A stretch of DNA of 28,712 bases from a virus (Duplodnaviria > Caudoviricetes): positions 1-28,712 of IMG/VR virus record IMGVR_UViG_3300025141_000549; one strand, 5' to 3'. A model generated the notes under the pieces. It was not told the DNA's origin. It worked only from the letters and a program-made list of their open reading frames with translations, and did not search any database. Below, in pieces: positions 14,946 to 24,135 of this stretch. Position numbers and translations under genes: made by a program. Each line of letters opens with the position of its first letter. Within the stretch, counting starts at the first letter, position 1.

Positions 14946-15289
14946 GATTCCAAAACCCCAGCACCACGCATGTTGGGCCACCTGGGGCACAACATCTTCC
15001 TGTCCAGGTGGAACCCACAGATCAGATGTACACAAATCGCCATGAACATTCGAGCAGGCAGGCGGGTGGGAAGATAAAGGCCACCTGTGAAGCAAGAATG
15101 GCCAGGTGGCAGGCCAGGGAGCAGGAACACAGGCTGGCAGCCATGCAGAAGCACAGAAGGCTTCCTGTGGGCACCAGCGCCTGTATCAGGTGTGGTGGCA
15201 CTGGGGTCCAGGTGGAAGTCAGATACAATGACGATAAAGACAGGTTTAGGACTGGATTTATAACAGACTGTGAATGTAACACAACATGA
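14942..15289 (+). CDS. Hypothetical protein with DnaJ-like Zn motif
   Basis: CIRCGGTG...CEC near the C-terminus. Confidence 0.5.
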   Translation: MRFQNPSTTHVGPPGAQHLPVQVEPTDQMYTNRHEHSSRQAGGKIKATCEARMARWQAREQEHRLAAMQKHRRLPVGTSACIRCGGTGVQVEVRYNDDKDRFRTGFITDCECNTT

Positions 15290-15394
15290 ATGGGGGCAGG
15301 GTATGGTAAAAATACCACCTGACGTCACCTGGTGGACCAACTACAGACTGGAAGGCCAGATGGCCAGCCTGTGGAGCGCACAGGGTAAAACACC

Positions 15395-15964
15395 ATGAAA
15401 ACAAATAAGCCCAAGAAGAAGGGCCTACGGTGTGGATCGAAGACCAGAGCGGGTGGGAAGTGCCAGCGGTTTGCCCTGCGAGACAAGAAACGCTGCAGGC
15501 TTCACGGTGGTCTGGCCAAGACGGGACCTGATGCCAATGCCTTCAAGCATGGCAGATATAGCAGGTTCAAGGGTGACTTCTTCCAGAAGGTTCAGGAAGC
15601 CAGGGAAGACCCTGACCTACTGAGTCTAAAGGATGAAATCCACCTGATTGACGCCCAGATGCAGGCCAGGCTGAATGACTTTAACCCACTAAATGCCACC
15701 CACGTTGACGCCCTGTCCCTGCTGATAGGCCAGCGTCTGGCTTTGGTTCAGTCAGAGCGGAAGCGCCAGGTAGAACTGGCAACACAGATGACCCATGAAC
15801 AGGCAGCCACCATGGTGGCCATAGTAGTGGCTGCTGTGAAGGCCAACATAGATGACCCAAACACTATCCAGTCCATCATTACAGACCTGCGCAGACAGTT
15901 ATCTGGCCCAGTTGATAGACCAACTGGAAATGGCGGGAACCCTGCCAAAGCCATCCCTGCGTGA
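15395..15964 (+). CDS. terS: Terminase small subunit (HGGxSTG-type)
   Basis: CGSKTRAGGKC...RCRLHGG...NAFKHGRYS; directly upstream of TerL. Confidence 0.8.
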   Translation: MKTNKPKKKGLRCGSKTRAGGKCQRFALRDKKRCRLHGGLAKTGPDANAFKHGRYSRFKGDFFQKVQEAREDPDLLSLKDEIHLIDAQMQARLNDFNPLNATHVDALSLLIGQRLALVQSERKRQVELATQMTHEQAATMVAIVVAAVKANIDDPNTIQSIITDLRRQLSGPVDRPTGNGGNPAKAIPA

Positions 15965-17336
15965 GTACATAGAAGAAGCCTGGCCTGTCCTGGAACCTGG
16001 CACCACGTTTGTGCCTGGATTCCACATTGACGCCATTTGTGAACACCTGGAAGCGGTGTCTGTTGGCCAAATTCGTCAGCTTGTCATCAATATGCCACCC
16101 AGGCACATGAAATCCCTATTAGTGTCTGTGATGTGGCCCACATGGGACTGGACCAGGACCCCGTCTTCCAGATGGATATATGCTTCATATTCAGCAGACC
16201 TGTCCACCAGGGACAGCCTAAAGTGCAGGCGCCTGATACAGTCCAACTGGTACCAGAACAACTGGGGCAGCATGTTCAGGATGACGGGTGACCAGAACGC
16301 CAAGAAACGATTTGAAAACACTGCCACGGGCCACAGGCTGGCCACTTCTGTGGGTGGTATCGGTACAGGCGAAGGTGGGGACAGGGTGGTGGTGGATGAC
16401 CCACATAATGTTCTGGAAACGGAAAGCCCTGTGAAGCGCCAAGCGGTCCTGGAATGGTGGGATGGCCAGATGTCCACCAGGCTGAATGACGCATCTACTG
16501 GGGCCTTCGTTATAGTCATGCAGCGCATTCATGAACGGGACTTGGCTGGACACGTCCTGGACAGGGAAGAATATGAACACCTGGTGCTGCCTGCAGAATA
16601 TGAACCCACCACCATGGTGACCAGCCTGGGATGGGAAGACCCCAGGACCGAATCTGGGCAGCTATTATGGCCAGAAAAGATGCCCCAGGAAGCCCTAAAT
16701 GCTCTGAAGGCCAAACTGGGCAGCCACAGGGCGGCAGGACAGCTTCAGCAGCGCCCTGTCCCCAAAGAAGGCGGGGACTTCAAGGCTGAATGGTTTGGGA
16801 TTGTAGGGGCTGCGCCTGTGGCAGCGTCCAAAGTCAGACACTGGGACCTGGCAGCCACAGAACAGAAGGCCAATGAAGACCCTGACTGGACGGTGGGCTG
16901 CCTGATGTCCAGGGCGCCAAATGGCATTCACTACATAGAAGACGTCAGGCGGTTCAGGGGGTCACCCCATGAAGTGGAACAGACCATAAAACAAACGGCT
17001 GAACTGGATGGGAAGGGTGTGATGATAAGCCTGCCCCAGGACCCAGGCCAGGCGGGGAAAGCACAAGCTGCGTATTACGTGAAGGCCCTGGCAGGCTATA
17101 CGGTCAGAACAGCGGTTGAAACGGGCAGTAAGGAAGTCAGGGCTGAACCCGTGGCTGCCCAGGCAGAAGCAGGAAACGTGAAACTGGTCAAGGGGCACTG
17201 GAATAAGGATTTTATAGACGAAGTCACATTCTTCCCATTTGGCGCCCATGATGACCTGGTGGACGGCATGTCTGGTGCCTTTACCAGGCTACTACAAAAG
17301 ACTAAAATACGAAGGCCTGAAATAAGGGGGCTATAG
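15852..17336 (+). CDS. terL: Terminase large subunit
   Basis: Walker A-like MPPRHMKS, Walker B VVVDDPH, VMQRIHERDLAG, nuclease WDLA...HDDLVDG. Start could instead be ATG 15930. Confidence 0.95.
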   Translation: MTQTLSSPSLQTCADSYLAQLIDQLEMAGTLPKPSLREYIEEAWPVLEPGTTFVPGFHIDAICEHLEAVSVGQIRQLVINMPPRHMKSLLVSVMWPTWDWTRTPSSRWIYASYSADLSTRDSLKCRRLIQSNWYQNNWGSMFRMTGDQNAKKRFENTATGHRLATSVGGIGTGEGGDRVVVDDPHNVLETESPVKRQAVLEWWDGQMSTRLNDASTGAFVIVMQRIHERDLAGHVLDREEYEHLVLPAEYEPTTMVTSLGWEDPRTESGQLLWPEKMPQEALNALKAKLGSHRAAGQLQQRPVPKEGGDFKAEWFGIVGAAPVAASKVRHWDLAATEQKANEDPDWTVGCLMSRAPNGIHYIEDVRRFRGSPHEVEQTIKQTAELDGKGVMISLPQDPGQAGKAQAAYYVKALAGYTVRTAVETGSKEVRAEPVAAQAEAGNVKLVKGHWNKDFIDEVTFFPFGAHDDLVDGMSGAFTRLLQKTKIRRPEIRGL

Positions 17337-17337
17337 A

Positions 17338-17565
17338 ATGACCACTGAACACCCAGTAGGTGAAGAAGAACAGTATGACGCAGCGGCACTAATGCAGGCA
17401 GCACTATTGTATCTGTGCCAGGGGAAGACCACCACCACCATAGAACTGCCCATGGCGGTCCTGTGTGATGTGGTGGGGAAGGAAGACCTGGTGATGGGAG
17501 TTGCCAACAGGGAAGGCATAGACTTCCTGATCCTGGCCAGCCAGCCGAAAGGGAAGAAGATTTGA
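17338..17565 (+). CDS. Hypothetical protein
   Basis: AAGGGGG RBS; starts 1 nt after the TerL stop. Confidence 0.55.
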   Translation: MTTEHPVGEEEQYDAAALMQAALLYLCQGKTTTTIELPMAVLCDVVGKEDLVMGVANREGIDFLILASQPKGKKI

Positions 17566-17569
17566 CTGA

Positions 17570-17598
17570 TTGACCTGGTGGGGGCAGCGTGATATATT
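17570..17598 (+). promoter_or_regulatory. Sigma70-like promoter upstream of the portal gene
   Basis: TTGACC-N17-TATATT with extended -10 (TGa). Confidence 0.7.
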
Positions 17599-17629
17599 TG
17601 AACCACACACACATCAAAGGACCAGAACC

Positions 17630-19039
17630 ATGCCAGTCACCACCATTCATAATGATTATGAAAAACAGAAGACCAAGTGGAAGCGCTGCAGACATGCAGT
17701 GGAAGGGTCTGACGCCATTAAAGACGAAGCAGCCACCTATTTGCCTGTGCCATCTGGAATGACAGCGTCTAACCCTAAATATATGTCATATAAGACCAGG
17801 TCTAAATGGTTCCCTGCGACATCCAGGACACTGGAAGGACTGGAAGGTGAAGTCTTCAGGAATCCACCACGTATAGATGATGCAGATGCACTGGAAGACG
17901 CACTGAAGGACGTGACCCTGACGGGCCAGACATTCAACCAATACGCCAGGCAGGCCCTACAACACAGGTTGGTGGCTGGGAGATTCGGGACACTGGTGGA
18001 ATGGTCAGATAAACTGCAGCGCCCGTATCTGATAGGGTACACAGCGGAAAACATCATTAATTGGCGCAGCATCACCACGGGTGAAGGCCAGAAGCTGACC
18101 ATGGTGGTCCTTCAGGAACTGGTGGGCCAGGAACCGGAAGATGAATTCGACACCCAGCAGATTGTCCAGCTTCGGGCACTGACTATTGACCAGGCCAGTG
18201 GTGTCTATGTGTCCAGGATATACCAGACGAAGGAATTGATGGTGGACGGCACAAAATCAGTGGAACCCACCCTGGTGTCAGAATCGGTCCCCACAATGCG
18301 GGGTGAAGCCCTGACCAAAATACCCTTTATTTTTCACGGTGTTAGTGAGAATAGCAGCGCCATAGAGAAACCACCCATGCTGGACCTGGTGGACTTGAAC
18401 ATTGCAGACTTCAGGAACAGTGCCGACCTGGAACACGGGCGCCACTTTTGCGGCCTGCCGTTCTATTACATATTCGGTGCCACTGAACTGGAAGATGATG
18501 AAGCTGAACTGGAAATTGGAAGCAGTGCTGCATTCACGTCATCCAATGCAGACTGCAAGGCAGGCATTATTGAATTCAGTGGGCAGGGCCTGGGAGCATT
18601 GGAGAAGGCCAGGGAAGAAAACAGAACAGAAATGGCCCTGATGGGTGCCAGGTTGATGGAAGAAGCCAAGAAGACTGGGGAAACGGCTGAAGCGCTGGCC
18701 AGGCGCCAGAGCGGGAAGTTGTCTGTGCTTCAGGCCATGGTGGAAGTCCAGAATGAAGCCCATGAAGACGAATTGAACACCATGCTGATGTGGCTGGGGC
18801 AGACTGACGCAGACGCCACAGTGCATCTTAATAAAGATTTCACGGTATCGAAGCTGGAACCACAGGACCTTCAGGCCCTGGTGGCTTCATGGCAGGCAGG
18901 CGCCATCAGCAGCAGGACCCTGTTTGAAAACCTGCAGAATGGCGAGATAATCAGCCAAGACAGGGGCTACGAAGAAGAACAGGCCCTGATAGACGAAGAA
19001 GCACCAGTGATGGAACCCAGCCTGGGACTGGCCGGATAA
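17630..19039 (+). CDS. Portal protein (DUF4055-type)
   Basis: YLPVP...Y..YKTRS.WFPATSRTLEGL.G.VF, YTAENIINW, KPPMLDLVDLNIADFRNSADLEHGRHFCGLP. ATG 17630 after AAAGGA; the track's TTG start is the -35 box. Confidence 0.92.
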   Translation: MPVTTIHNDYEKQKTKWKRCRHAVEGSDAIKDEAATYLPVPSGMTASNPKYMSYKTRSKWFPATSRTLEGLEGEVFRNPPRIDDADALEDALKDVTLTGQTFNQYARQALQHRLVAGRFGTLVEWSDKLQRPYLIGYTAENIINWRSITTGEGQKLTMVVLQELVGQEPEDEFDTQQIVQLRALTIDQASGVYVSRIYQTKELMVDGTKSVEPTLVSESVPTMRGEALTKIPFIFHGVSENSSAIEKPPMLDLVDLNIADFRNSADLEHGRHFCGLPFYYIFGATELEDDEAELEIGSSAAFTSSNADCKAGIIEFSGQGLGALEKAREENRTEMALMGARLMEEAKKTGETAEALARRQSGKLSVLQAMVEVQNEAHEDELNTMLMWLGQTDADATVHLNKDFTVSKLEPQDLQALVASWQAGAISSRTLFENLQNGEIISQDRGYEEEQALIDEEAPVMEPSLGLAG

Positions 19040-19042
19040 ACC

Positions 19043-21577
19043 ATGCCAATAGCAGATGACTTGGCTGATGAATTCACAGCCAGGGACCTTCAACTGAACC
19101 GCCTGGCAGAATCTGAGCGCAGGAAGATATTTTCAGCCATCACCAAGCTGGAAGGCGAATTGATAGAAGCCCTGCGGAAGGTGGACCCCACAAAGGTGGC
19201 CAGGGAAACCTTCAGAAGGCGAAGGATGAAGGCGCTGCTGGACCTGGTCAGCCCCATCATCAGGAATGGATATGGGGCCATTGGACGTGAGCAGAAGAAG
19301 GTCCTGCGTCAGGTGGCCAGACTGGAAGCTGACCAGGCCACCAAAATCATCAATAATGCTATAGGTTTTGACGCCATGAACATCACGCCAGAGCCTGAAA
19401 CGCTACGGGCACTGGCTGATGACACACTGGTGGAAGGTGCAGTGGTGCAGGCATGGTGGAAGAAGAAGGGTGATGACACCAGAGAAATGTTTGCCAATGA
19501 AATGCGTGCTGGCTTATTCGCACAGGAAGACTTCAACAGTCTGATGCAGCGGGTAAGGGGTACCAGGGCCAATAGGTTCCAGGACGGCATCACAGGCATT
19601 CAGAGACGAAGCGCAGAACGCATTGTAAGAACGAGCGTGAACAGTGTGTCCAATAATGCCAGGGAACAGACCTTCAGTGAGAATGAAGACATCATGAAGG
19701 GAGTGCAGGCCCTGGCAACCCTGGACACCAGAACCAGTCCCATCTGTATGGCACGGGCGGGGTCAGCCTGGAACTTGAACACCAGGAAGGCCCTGCCTGA
19801 GTCACCCAGAAAAGAAGATTACCCTGGGCCACCACCATGGCACTGGCGCTGCAGGACGGTCATGAATCCTGTATTGAAATCCTATGAAGATTTGCTTGGG
19901 AGCCAGGGAAAGCAATTTGACAAGGCACTGGAAGACCTGGGACCAGGCACCAGGTCCAGTATGGATGGCCAAATCGCAGGGGACACCACATTCCATGACT
20001 GGTTTGAACGCCAGGGAGAAGGGCGCCAGAAGACCCTGCTGGGAGCAGGGCGCCTGAAGCTGTACCAGGGCGGGAAGCTGAAACTGAAGGACCTGGTTGA
20101 CCAGCGTGGACATCCACTGACCATAGACCAACTGATTGACCTGGATGGTGGGGGCGGTGGGACAGGAAGCAGCGGTGGGGGTGGCGGTATTGACTTTGAA
20201 GCGGCCAGGGCTGCTGTCTTTGAGAGACACCCGAAATTGGCAGAACTTGGGGACAGCTTATACATGGAAACTGACATTGAAGCCAGTGGGGTGGCGTCTA
20301 TACTGGAAGACATGGAACAGATAGATGCTAATATATTGAAGGCGCTAAAAGACAATAATATCCAGGTTTATATCGGCGAAGGCCCAGTGACTGGGATTGA
20401 TGACATGGGCCACTTGAAGGGAGTCCAGCCCAGGGGGTGGCCACCTGGGTCAACATGGGACCAAGTGGGGGGATTGTTTAATCCACAGAATAACAGGGTA
20501 GTGGTGGGAACAGGAATGGTGGATGGGTCAAAAAGTACCATCCTTCATGAAATGGGGCATGCAGTTGACAGGTTATTGGACGACCTAAGTAATCGCAGGG
20601 TGGGATGGCTGGAAAGTGACCATATTAGACTATTCCCCAAACTTAACCAGTATTTACAGCAGGGCGGCCCTGGTGGGCGGGTGGGGATGGCTGAAATGTT
20701 TGCAGAAACATTTGCAGAATATCACCTGAAGTCTAAAAAGTGGTTCATAGATAAATATGACGCCGATTATGCGACCCATCTGAAGCACTACCTTGAAGGA
20801 ATTGGTGCTCCTGTTGCCAGGCGCCAGGCGCCCTGGGTACCTGCAACCACCATAAAAGAAGTGCATGATAGAATGGGTAGAATTTTTACCAGGGGTGGCA
20901 GGTTGGGTGTGGAAGGTGACCTGGACACTATGAATGAAATCCTACATGGACTGGAAGACACCCTGGGGAAATATGGTGTGGCTATTAATGAATTGCAATA
21001 CCAGAAGCGGGGGCAGAAGTCTATTGGTAGGGCAGGTGGACAGATGGGTGGGAAAGCAGGCACCATGTGGCTTCAAAAGACATTTGTAAAGCAAGGGAAG
21101 AAGAAACGGATAGAGCGGATGAAGGGTGAGCATGAAAAATGGGAGAGAATCCACAAAGACAACATTAGGCGGTCTGAGCAGGGTATTAAGGGAATGCGTG
21201 ATGGGATAAAGGCTGGGAATATAAGGAATAGTGCTGCTGACCTGGCGAAGATGGAAGCAAGGCACAGAAAGCTGGAAGGGTTGCGGTATTGGATAGCAGC
21301 AGAAGAAGCCACGGGTGACCCATTATACGGAATAACAAAACATGAAGCCTACCACCTGCTTGACTATAGCCAAGGGTGGACAGTCAGCACAGAACTGATG
21401 AAACGGCTAAGGGCTGAAGTGCCAGAACATATTCTGGCGCAGTTTCCAGGGGAATATGGATCAAGTAGTGCCAGGGAAATGTTCACAGAACTGGGAACAG
21501 CCATTGACCTGGGGCTTGAAGTCCCAGAACAAATGAAAGCAGTTTTTCAGGATGTTGTGGGGGTATTTGAAAAATGA
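19043..21577 (+). CDS. MuF-family minor head protein with C-terminal tandem zinc-metallopeptidase domains
   Basis: MuF motifs ATLDTRTSPICMAR and PPPWHWRCRT; poly-Gly linker; HEMGH...EMFAETF; then HEAYH...EYGSSSAREMFTE. Confidence 0.88.
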   Translation: MPIADDLADEFTARDLQLNRLAESERRKIFSAITKLEGELIEALRKVDPTKVARETFRRRRMKALLDLVSPIIRNGYGAIGREQKKVLRQVARLEADQATKIINNAIGFDAMNITPEPETLRALADDTLVEGAVVQAWWKKKGDDTREMFANEMRAGLFAQEDFNSLMQRVRGTRANRFQDGITGIQRRSAERIVRTSVNSVSNNAREQTFSENEDIMKGVQALATLDTRTSPICMARAGSAWNLNTRKALPESPRKEDYPGPPPWHWRCRTVMNPVLKSYEDLLGSQGKQFDKALEDLGPGTRSSMDGQIAGDTTFHDWFERQGEGRQKTLLGAGRLKLYQGGKLKLKDLVDQRGHPLTIDQLIDLDGGGGGTGSSGGGGGIDFEAARAAVFERHPKLAELGDSLYMETDIEASGVASILEDMEQIDANILKALKDNNIQVYIGEGPVTGIDDMGHLKGVQPRGWPPGSTWDQVGGLFNPQNNRVVVGTGMVDGSKSTILHEMGHAVDRLLDDLSNRRVGWLESDHIRLFPKLNQYLQQGGPGGRVGMAEMFAETFAEYHLKSKKWFIDKYDADYATHLKHYLEGIGAPVARRQAPWVPATTIKEVHDRMGRIFTRGGRLGVEGDLDTMNEILHGLEDTLGKYGVAINELQYQKRGQKSIGRAGGQMGGKAGTMWLQKTFVKQGKKKRIERMKGEHEKWERIHKDNIRRSEQGIKGMRDGIKAGNIRNSAADLAKMEARHRKLEGLRYWIAAEEATGDPLYGITKHEAYHLLDYSQGWTVSTELMKRLRAEVPEHILAQFPGEYGSSSAREMFTELGTAIDLGLEVPEQMKAVFQDVVGVFEK

Positions 21578-21762
21578 GTGCTACAACACAATGCGGGGTC
21601 TGTGTCTATTATGAAGGATTAATGACCTGTAAGGCTTTCCCAGACGGCATCCCACACCAGATCATGGCTGGGGAATTTGACCACAATAAACCATGGCCAG
21701 ACAAGGGGAACAGGGCGGACAATGGTGTGACGTTCAAAGATGCAGAGAAGGCCACCAGGTGA
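21574..21762 (+). CDS. Small Cys-rich protein, candidate MuF immunity
   Basis: ATGA-coupled to MuF; CxxC...CKAFPDGIP..I..GEFDH..P....DNGVTF. Confidence 0.7.
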   Translation: MSATTQCGVCVYYEGLMTCKAFPDGIPHQIMAGEFDHNKPWPDKGNRADNGVTFKDAEKATR

Positions 21763-21768
21763 TTATCA

Positions 21769-21796
21769 TTGACTGGTTATATAAAAATTGTATTAT
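21769..21796 (+). promoter_or_regulatory. Internal promoter in an AT-rich patch
   Basis: TTGACT-N16-TATTAT with AATTG before the -10, as in the 9187-9214 promoter. Confidence 0.55.
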
Positions 21797-21822
21797 ATAG
21801 CAGTGTATTTAAGGGGGACAGA

Positions 21823-21984
21823 GTGAAAGCGTACAGGCTAAATAATGGTAGTCTATTGGTTCCGAAAGTTGCAACAGATGGAGAAGTGCTAGGTGATGGG
21901 ATGGTTGAAGTAGCGCCTGGGAGTCAGGAGTTTGAAGACTGGAAGGATGAAGCGGTAGATATTCCTGACGAATTCAGGCAATGA
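21823..21984 (+). CDS. Small acidic protein (53 aa), second candidate immunity
   Basis: GTG 21823 after AAGGGGGA; the track's TTG start is the -35 box. ATGA-coupled to the first GT. Confidence 0.65.
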   Translation: MKAYRLNNGSLLVPKVATDGEVLGDGMVEVAPGSQEFEDWKDEAVDIPDEFRQ

Positions 21985-22598
21985 ACAACACCCTGCCCAT
22001 ATCGGTCATTGTTCCCCTGGTGCGCAACACCCTATTCACCACGGTGGGTCTTCCTGCCCTGCAGGCCAATAATGTCTGTGAAGTCATTTGGGACACAGGC
22101 CCTGGGAATGCCAATGTGAGAAGGAACAGGGCAGCAGCGCAGGCCACGCAGCCCTTCCTGTTCTTCCATGATGATGACGTCATCCTGCTTCCCTATGCCC
22201 TGCGCAGGCTTCACAGCCTGCTTGACAGGTCCCCACCAGAAACCACCATGGCATATTGTGACTTTATGGTGGTCAATCACCCCACTATCACCAATCAAGT
22301 CAGGAGACCTGGCCCATGGGACGCTGAACGCCTGAAGAATGAAAACTATATAAGCATGATGTCCCTGGTCAAGACTGCTGTGTTCAGGGCTGTGGGTGGC
22401 ATGGATGAAGACCTGGAACGATTCCAGGACTGGGACCTGTGGCTGAGACTCGCAGAACTGGGGCCTGGTGTGTATGTTCAATCGAAACGCCAGGAACCAC
22501 TGTTCAGCGCCCTGTATGTAGGCGGGGGCATCACAATCAATGACTGGCAGCAGACGAAGGCAGCCAGGCAGTGCATCCTGGACAAACACCAGGAATGA
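21981..22598 (+). CDS. Glycosyltransferase family 2 (GT-A)
   Basis: ISVIVP, RRNRAA, FLFFHDDD (DxD), VGGMDE...QDWDLWLRL. Confidence 0.88.
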   Translation: MNNTLPISVIVPLVRNTLFTTVGLPALQANNVCEVIWDTGPGNANVRRNRAAAQATQPFLFFHDDDVILLPYALRRLHSLLDRSPPETTMAYCDFMVVNHPTITNQVRRPGPWDAERLKNENYISMMSLVKTAVFRAVGGMDEDLERFQDWDLWLRLAELGPGVYVQSKRQEPLFSALYVGGGITINDWQQTKAARQCILDKHQE

Positions 22599-22706
22599 CA
22601 CACCACAGTATTGCTTGCAGGCTGTTCTGGGCACAATAGAAGACCCCAGCCAGGTCTTATAATAGTATGGATTTGTGCTTGAGTATCCAAAAACAGGGAA
22701 TGACCA

Positions 22707-23525
22707 ATGGAGAAACCTGAAGTGGACATCATTATGCTGTCCCACAATCAGACTGACCTGACGGTCAAGTGCATTGAGACACTGGGCATGGCCACAGAAG
22801 ATACCAGGTTCAGGCTGATATGGATTGACAATGGGAGTGAACACGCCCACAGGTTGGCGGTCCTGGACAAACTTAATGAACTGCAAATAAACTTCATTTG
22901 CCACATGAATGATGACAACTGGGGCTTCCCCAAGGCGGTCAACCTGGGGCTGGCGCTATCCACGGCGCCATATATGGTCCTATTGAATGATGATGTGGAA
23001 TTCCGCCAGGTCTATCTGAACCCAGTGAAGCCACTGCCAACCATTAAGGGATATGAAGCCATGCCCACTGCGCCACCTGTCCCAAGGCAGAACCCTGCAG
23101 TGTTCGCCAGGATGGTTGAACATATCGAGCGCACAGGGGCACACCTGGCAGCCACTTTGTCCACGTCAGGATGGCAGAATCGCACCAGCCTGGCAGTGGA
23201 AAGTCTGGCCAGGGATGCAGAAGACGGCGCAGTGGTCCTGCCCAGGGACCACCACCCAGCGTTCTTCTGCACCATGCTGACCAGACACGCCATTCAGCAT
23301 GTGGGGTATTTGTCAGAAGCCATGGGTGAAGGCTTCGGTGAAGATGATGACTACAATGAACGGATGGAAGACCTGGCCCTGAAGCGCCTGTTGTGTCTGG
23401 ACTGTCACGTCATTCACCACCACAGGTCCACCTGGAAGGCATTGAAGACCACCACAGAAATTGCAGCCAGCCAGGCTGAGTCCATGAAGGTCCTGCAGAA
23501 TAAGTATGGAAGACAGGTGTGGTGA
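22707..23525 (+). CDS. Glycosyltransferase family 2 (GT-A)
   Basis: VDIIMLSHNQ, WIDNGS, NWGFPKAVNLGL, VLLNDD, VGYLSE...GEDDDY, HHHRST. Confidence 0.92.
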   Translation: MEKPEVDIIMLSHNQTDLTVKCIETLGMATEDTRFRLIWIDNGSEHAHRLAVLDKLNELQINFICHMNDDNWGFPKAVNLGLALSTAPYMVLLNDDVEFRQVYLNPVKPLPTIKGYEAMPTAPPVPRQNPAVFARMVEHIERTGAHLAATLSTSGWQNRTSLAVESLARDAEDGAVVLPRDHHPAFFCTMLTRHAIQHVGYLSEAMGEGFGEDDDYNERMEDLALKRLLCLDCHVIHHHRSTWKALKTTTEIAASQAESMKVLQNKYGRQVW

Positions 23526-24130
23526 TGGTACTGTGTATGCTGTCCAGGGGCATAGGGCCACTGGCCCCAACCATTGAAGCCATGCAGCAGGCATTCAGGC
23601 ACGGTTGGGGGTTTGAAGCCATCCTGGGTAAAAAACTGGTTGATGCCAAGAACCATGCGGTGCATATTGCAATAGATCGAAACCAAGACCTACTATTGAT
23701 GGAAGATGACATCCACGTCCCTGGAAGGACCTGGGTGTCCTTCAGGGCGACCCTGGGGGTCAGTGATGCGATACTGGTGGCAGAAACCAAGACCAGGACG
23801 GGCAGGTCTAATATCTGGACAGGCCCAGAGTCTGGCAGGTTCCTGTTTTCTGGCAGCCACTTTGTCAGGATACCAGTTGACGTCCTGAAGCGCTTGAAGC
23901 AGCCAATATTCAGGTCCTGGAATTTTGCCAGGACAATAGACGGGGAAGACATGATTGACAGGGGGCCAGCGAAGCATGGCAACCATTCAGACGTCTTCTT
24001 TTGGTTCCACGCCATGAAACTGGAGCCAAAACCACAGGTGGCCATAGTTGGGGAATGTGACCACTTGAAGCACCCCTGGAACACAGGGGAAACCAGCCAC
24101 GCTGACCCTTATGTGGCAGAATGTTATTAA
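23525..24130 (+). CDS. Divergent GT-A-fold glycosyltransferase-like protein
   Basis: DAKNHAV, LLLMEDDI (DxD-like), HSDVFFW, CDHL; TGATG coupling to the previous GT. Confidence 0.6.
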   Translation: MVLCMLSRGIGPLAPTIEAMQQAFRHGWGFEAILGKKLVDAKNHAVHIAIDRNQDLLLMEDDIHVPGRTWVSFRATLGVSDAILVAETKTRTGRSNIWTGPESGRFLFSGSHFVRIPVDVLKRLKQPIFRSWNFARTIDGEDMIDRGPAKHGNHSDVFFWFHAMKLEPKPQVAIVGECDHLKHPWNTGETSHADPYVAECY

Positions 24131-24135
24131 ATCAC

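Noticed and set aside
14493-15095. 200-aa minus-strand ORF (and the similar 17096-17695 ORF)
   Set aside because: Antisense to translationally coupled plus-strand genes, with atypical composition.
15852-15964. 113-nt terS/terL overlap as a programmed frameshift
   Set aside because: No slippery heptamer seen. TerS/TerL overlaps are common, and ATG 15930 would shorten the overlap.
17570-17629. Track N-terminal extension of the portal from TTG
   Set aside because: The TTG is the -35 box of a promoter, and a good RBS precedes ATG 17630. The same applies to the track start at 21769.
22635-22663. TATAAT between GT1 and GT2 as a promoter
   Set aside because: No recognisable -35 or extended -10; support too weak to call.
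22032-22904. 290-aa minus-strand ORF
   Set aside because: Antisense shadow of two clear GT2 genes; no motif or RBS.
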